Assembly (NCBI GenBank): GCA_964202455.1
Contig: CAXNIJ010000005.1
Location: forward strand, 18,171-82,170
DNA from: Candidatus Pacearchaeota archaeon
GTDB lineage: Archaea; Nanobdellota; Nanobdellia; Pacearchaeales; GW2011-AR1
Direction: 5' to 3'
DNA: 64,000 nucleotides
The notes under the pieces are model-generated. The model was not told the DNA's origin and ran no database searches. It was given only the letters and a program-made list of their open reading frames with translations. The translations under genes and the position numbers were made by a program. This document shows, piece after piece, positions 63,494-64,000 of the stretch. The stretch's first letter is position 1; each line of letters opens with the position of its first letter.

Positions 63494-64000
63494 TCACCTA
63501 TTTCGTAGTCTCTCAGAGAATGTTCTTCTCGTTCAGTGTCCCACTCTTCTCCAAAATTCTCTCTTTTAAGTACAAGGCACTCCAGAGATAGAGAAGGGTC
63601 TTTTTTTACCTTTATTGCTGCTTCTCTTATTGCTCTGTGAATTGCAAGAGGAGTCATTCCTTCTTTACGAAGTTCTTGAGCCATTGCCAAATAGTTTTCA
63701 CCATTAATGCCAAGTTCATGATACATGAATGCTTCGTGAAAGGTGATGCTATAATCTTCTCCTTTTAAGATGTCTCGCATTTCACTTGCATCAGTCATAT
63801 CCATTAACATTCTTCTAAATGTGGTGATGCTACTGCTAATTTTTTCTAATTCATCACCATATCTTTCTTGAATTGCTTGAGAAAAGTGCTTCGATCGAGT
63901 TGCCTGTCCTCTTCCTGAAGAGTAGTTAGGACTATAAGCTGCTTGAATTAGCGCTACTGCTTCCGAAGGCTTTAATCCTGAACTGACAAGATCTCTGGCA
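63481..64000 (-). CDS. Hypothetical protein, probably 5'-truncated by the window edge
   Basis: The frame of track ORF 63481..63810 stays open upstream to base 63999, with no stop and no earlier ATG in the window. Confidence 0.4.
   Translation of the reverse strand, partial: ARDLVSSGLKPSEAVALIQAAYSPNYSSGRGQATRSKHFSQAIQERYGDELEKISSSITTFRRMLMDMTDASEMRDILKGEDYSITFHEAFMYHELGINGENYLAMAQELRKEGMTPLAIHRAIREAAIKVKKDPSLSLECLVLKRENFGEEWDTEREEHSLRDYEIGEWYL

Overview
This window reads as a compact, AT-rich archaeal chromosome segment. All calls come from reading the sequence and the ORF track; no searches or computations were run.

The information-processing genes are archaeal-type: TFS, TFE, aRF1, aIF2-beta, ribosomal protein L15e, MCM, an RPA-like OB-fold protein, NAC and Sec61-beta. 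One tRNA carries a bulge-helix-bulge intron. Housekeeping genes include ftsZ, minD, scpB, topA, metG, valS, a gatA fragment, nadK, nth, pyrD/pyrC and dus. The small overlapping genes, many orphan ORFs and sparse metabolism suggest a DPANN-like small-genome archaeon; that placement is inference only.

I call about 70 CDS, 4 tRNAs (Lys-CUU with a 130-nt intron, Asn-GUU, Gly-CCC, Ile-GAU) and one intact IS element with 15-bp terminal inverted repeats and a 9-bp target duplication.

Most notable observations:
1. An interspersed family of intergenic mosaic elements. Each is a chain of short hairpin modules with conserved ends. There are at least 6 copies plus fragments, and related modules sit inside the tRNA-Lys intron and next to tRNA-Ile.
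2. A full-length bacterial-type sigma-70 homologue, in an apparent operon with two orphan genes, embedded among archaeal core genes.
3. Duplications of the 3' ends of tRNA-Gly and tRNA-Ile, each flanking a very short hairpin-rich insert.
4. Two tandem paralogous giant surface proteins that are rich in N-glycosylation sequons.
5. Several orphan blocks, including a J-domain-like protein, a pair of membrane-protein paralogues, and the 54-57.6 kb block.

I saw no CRISPR array, rRNA or recognisable defence system.
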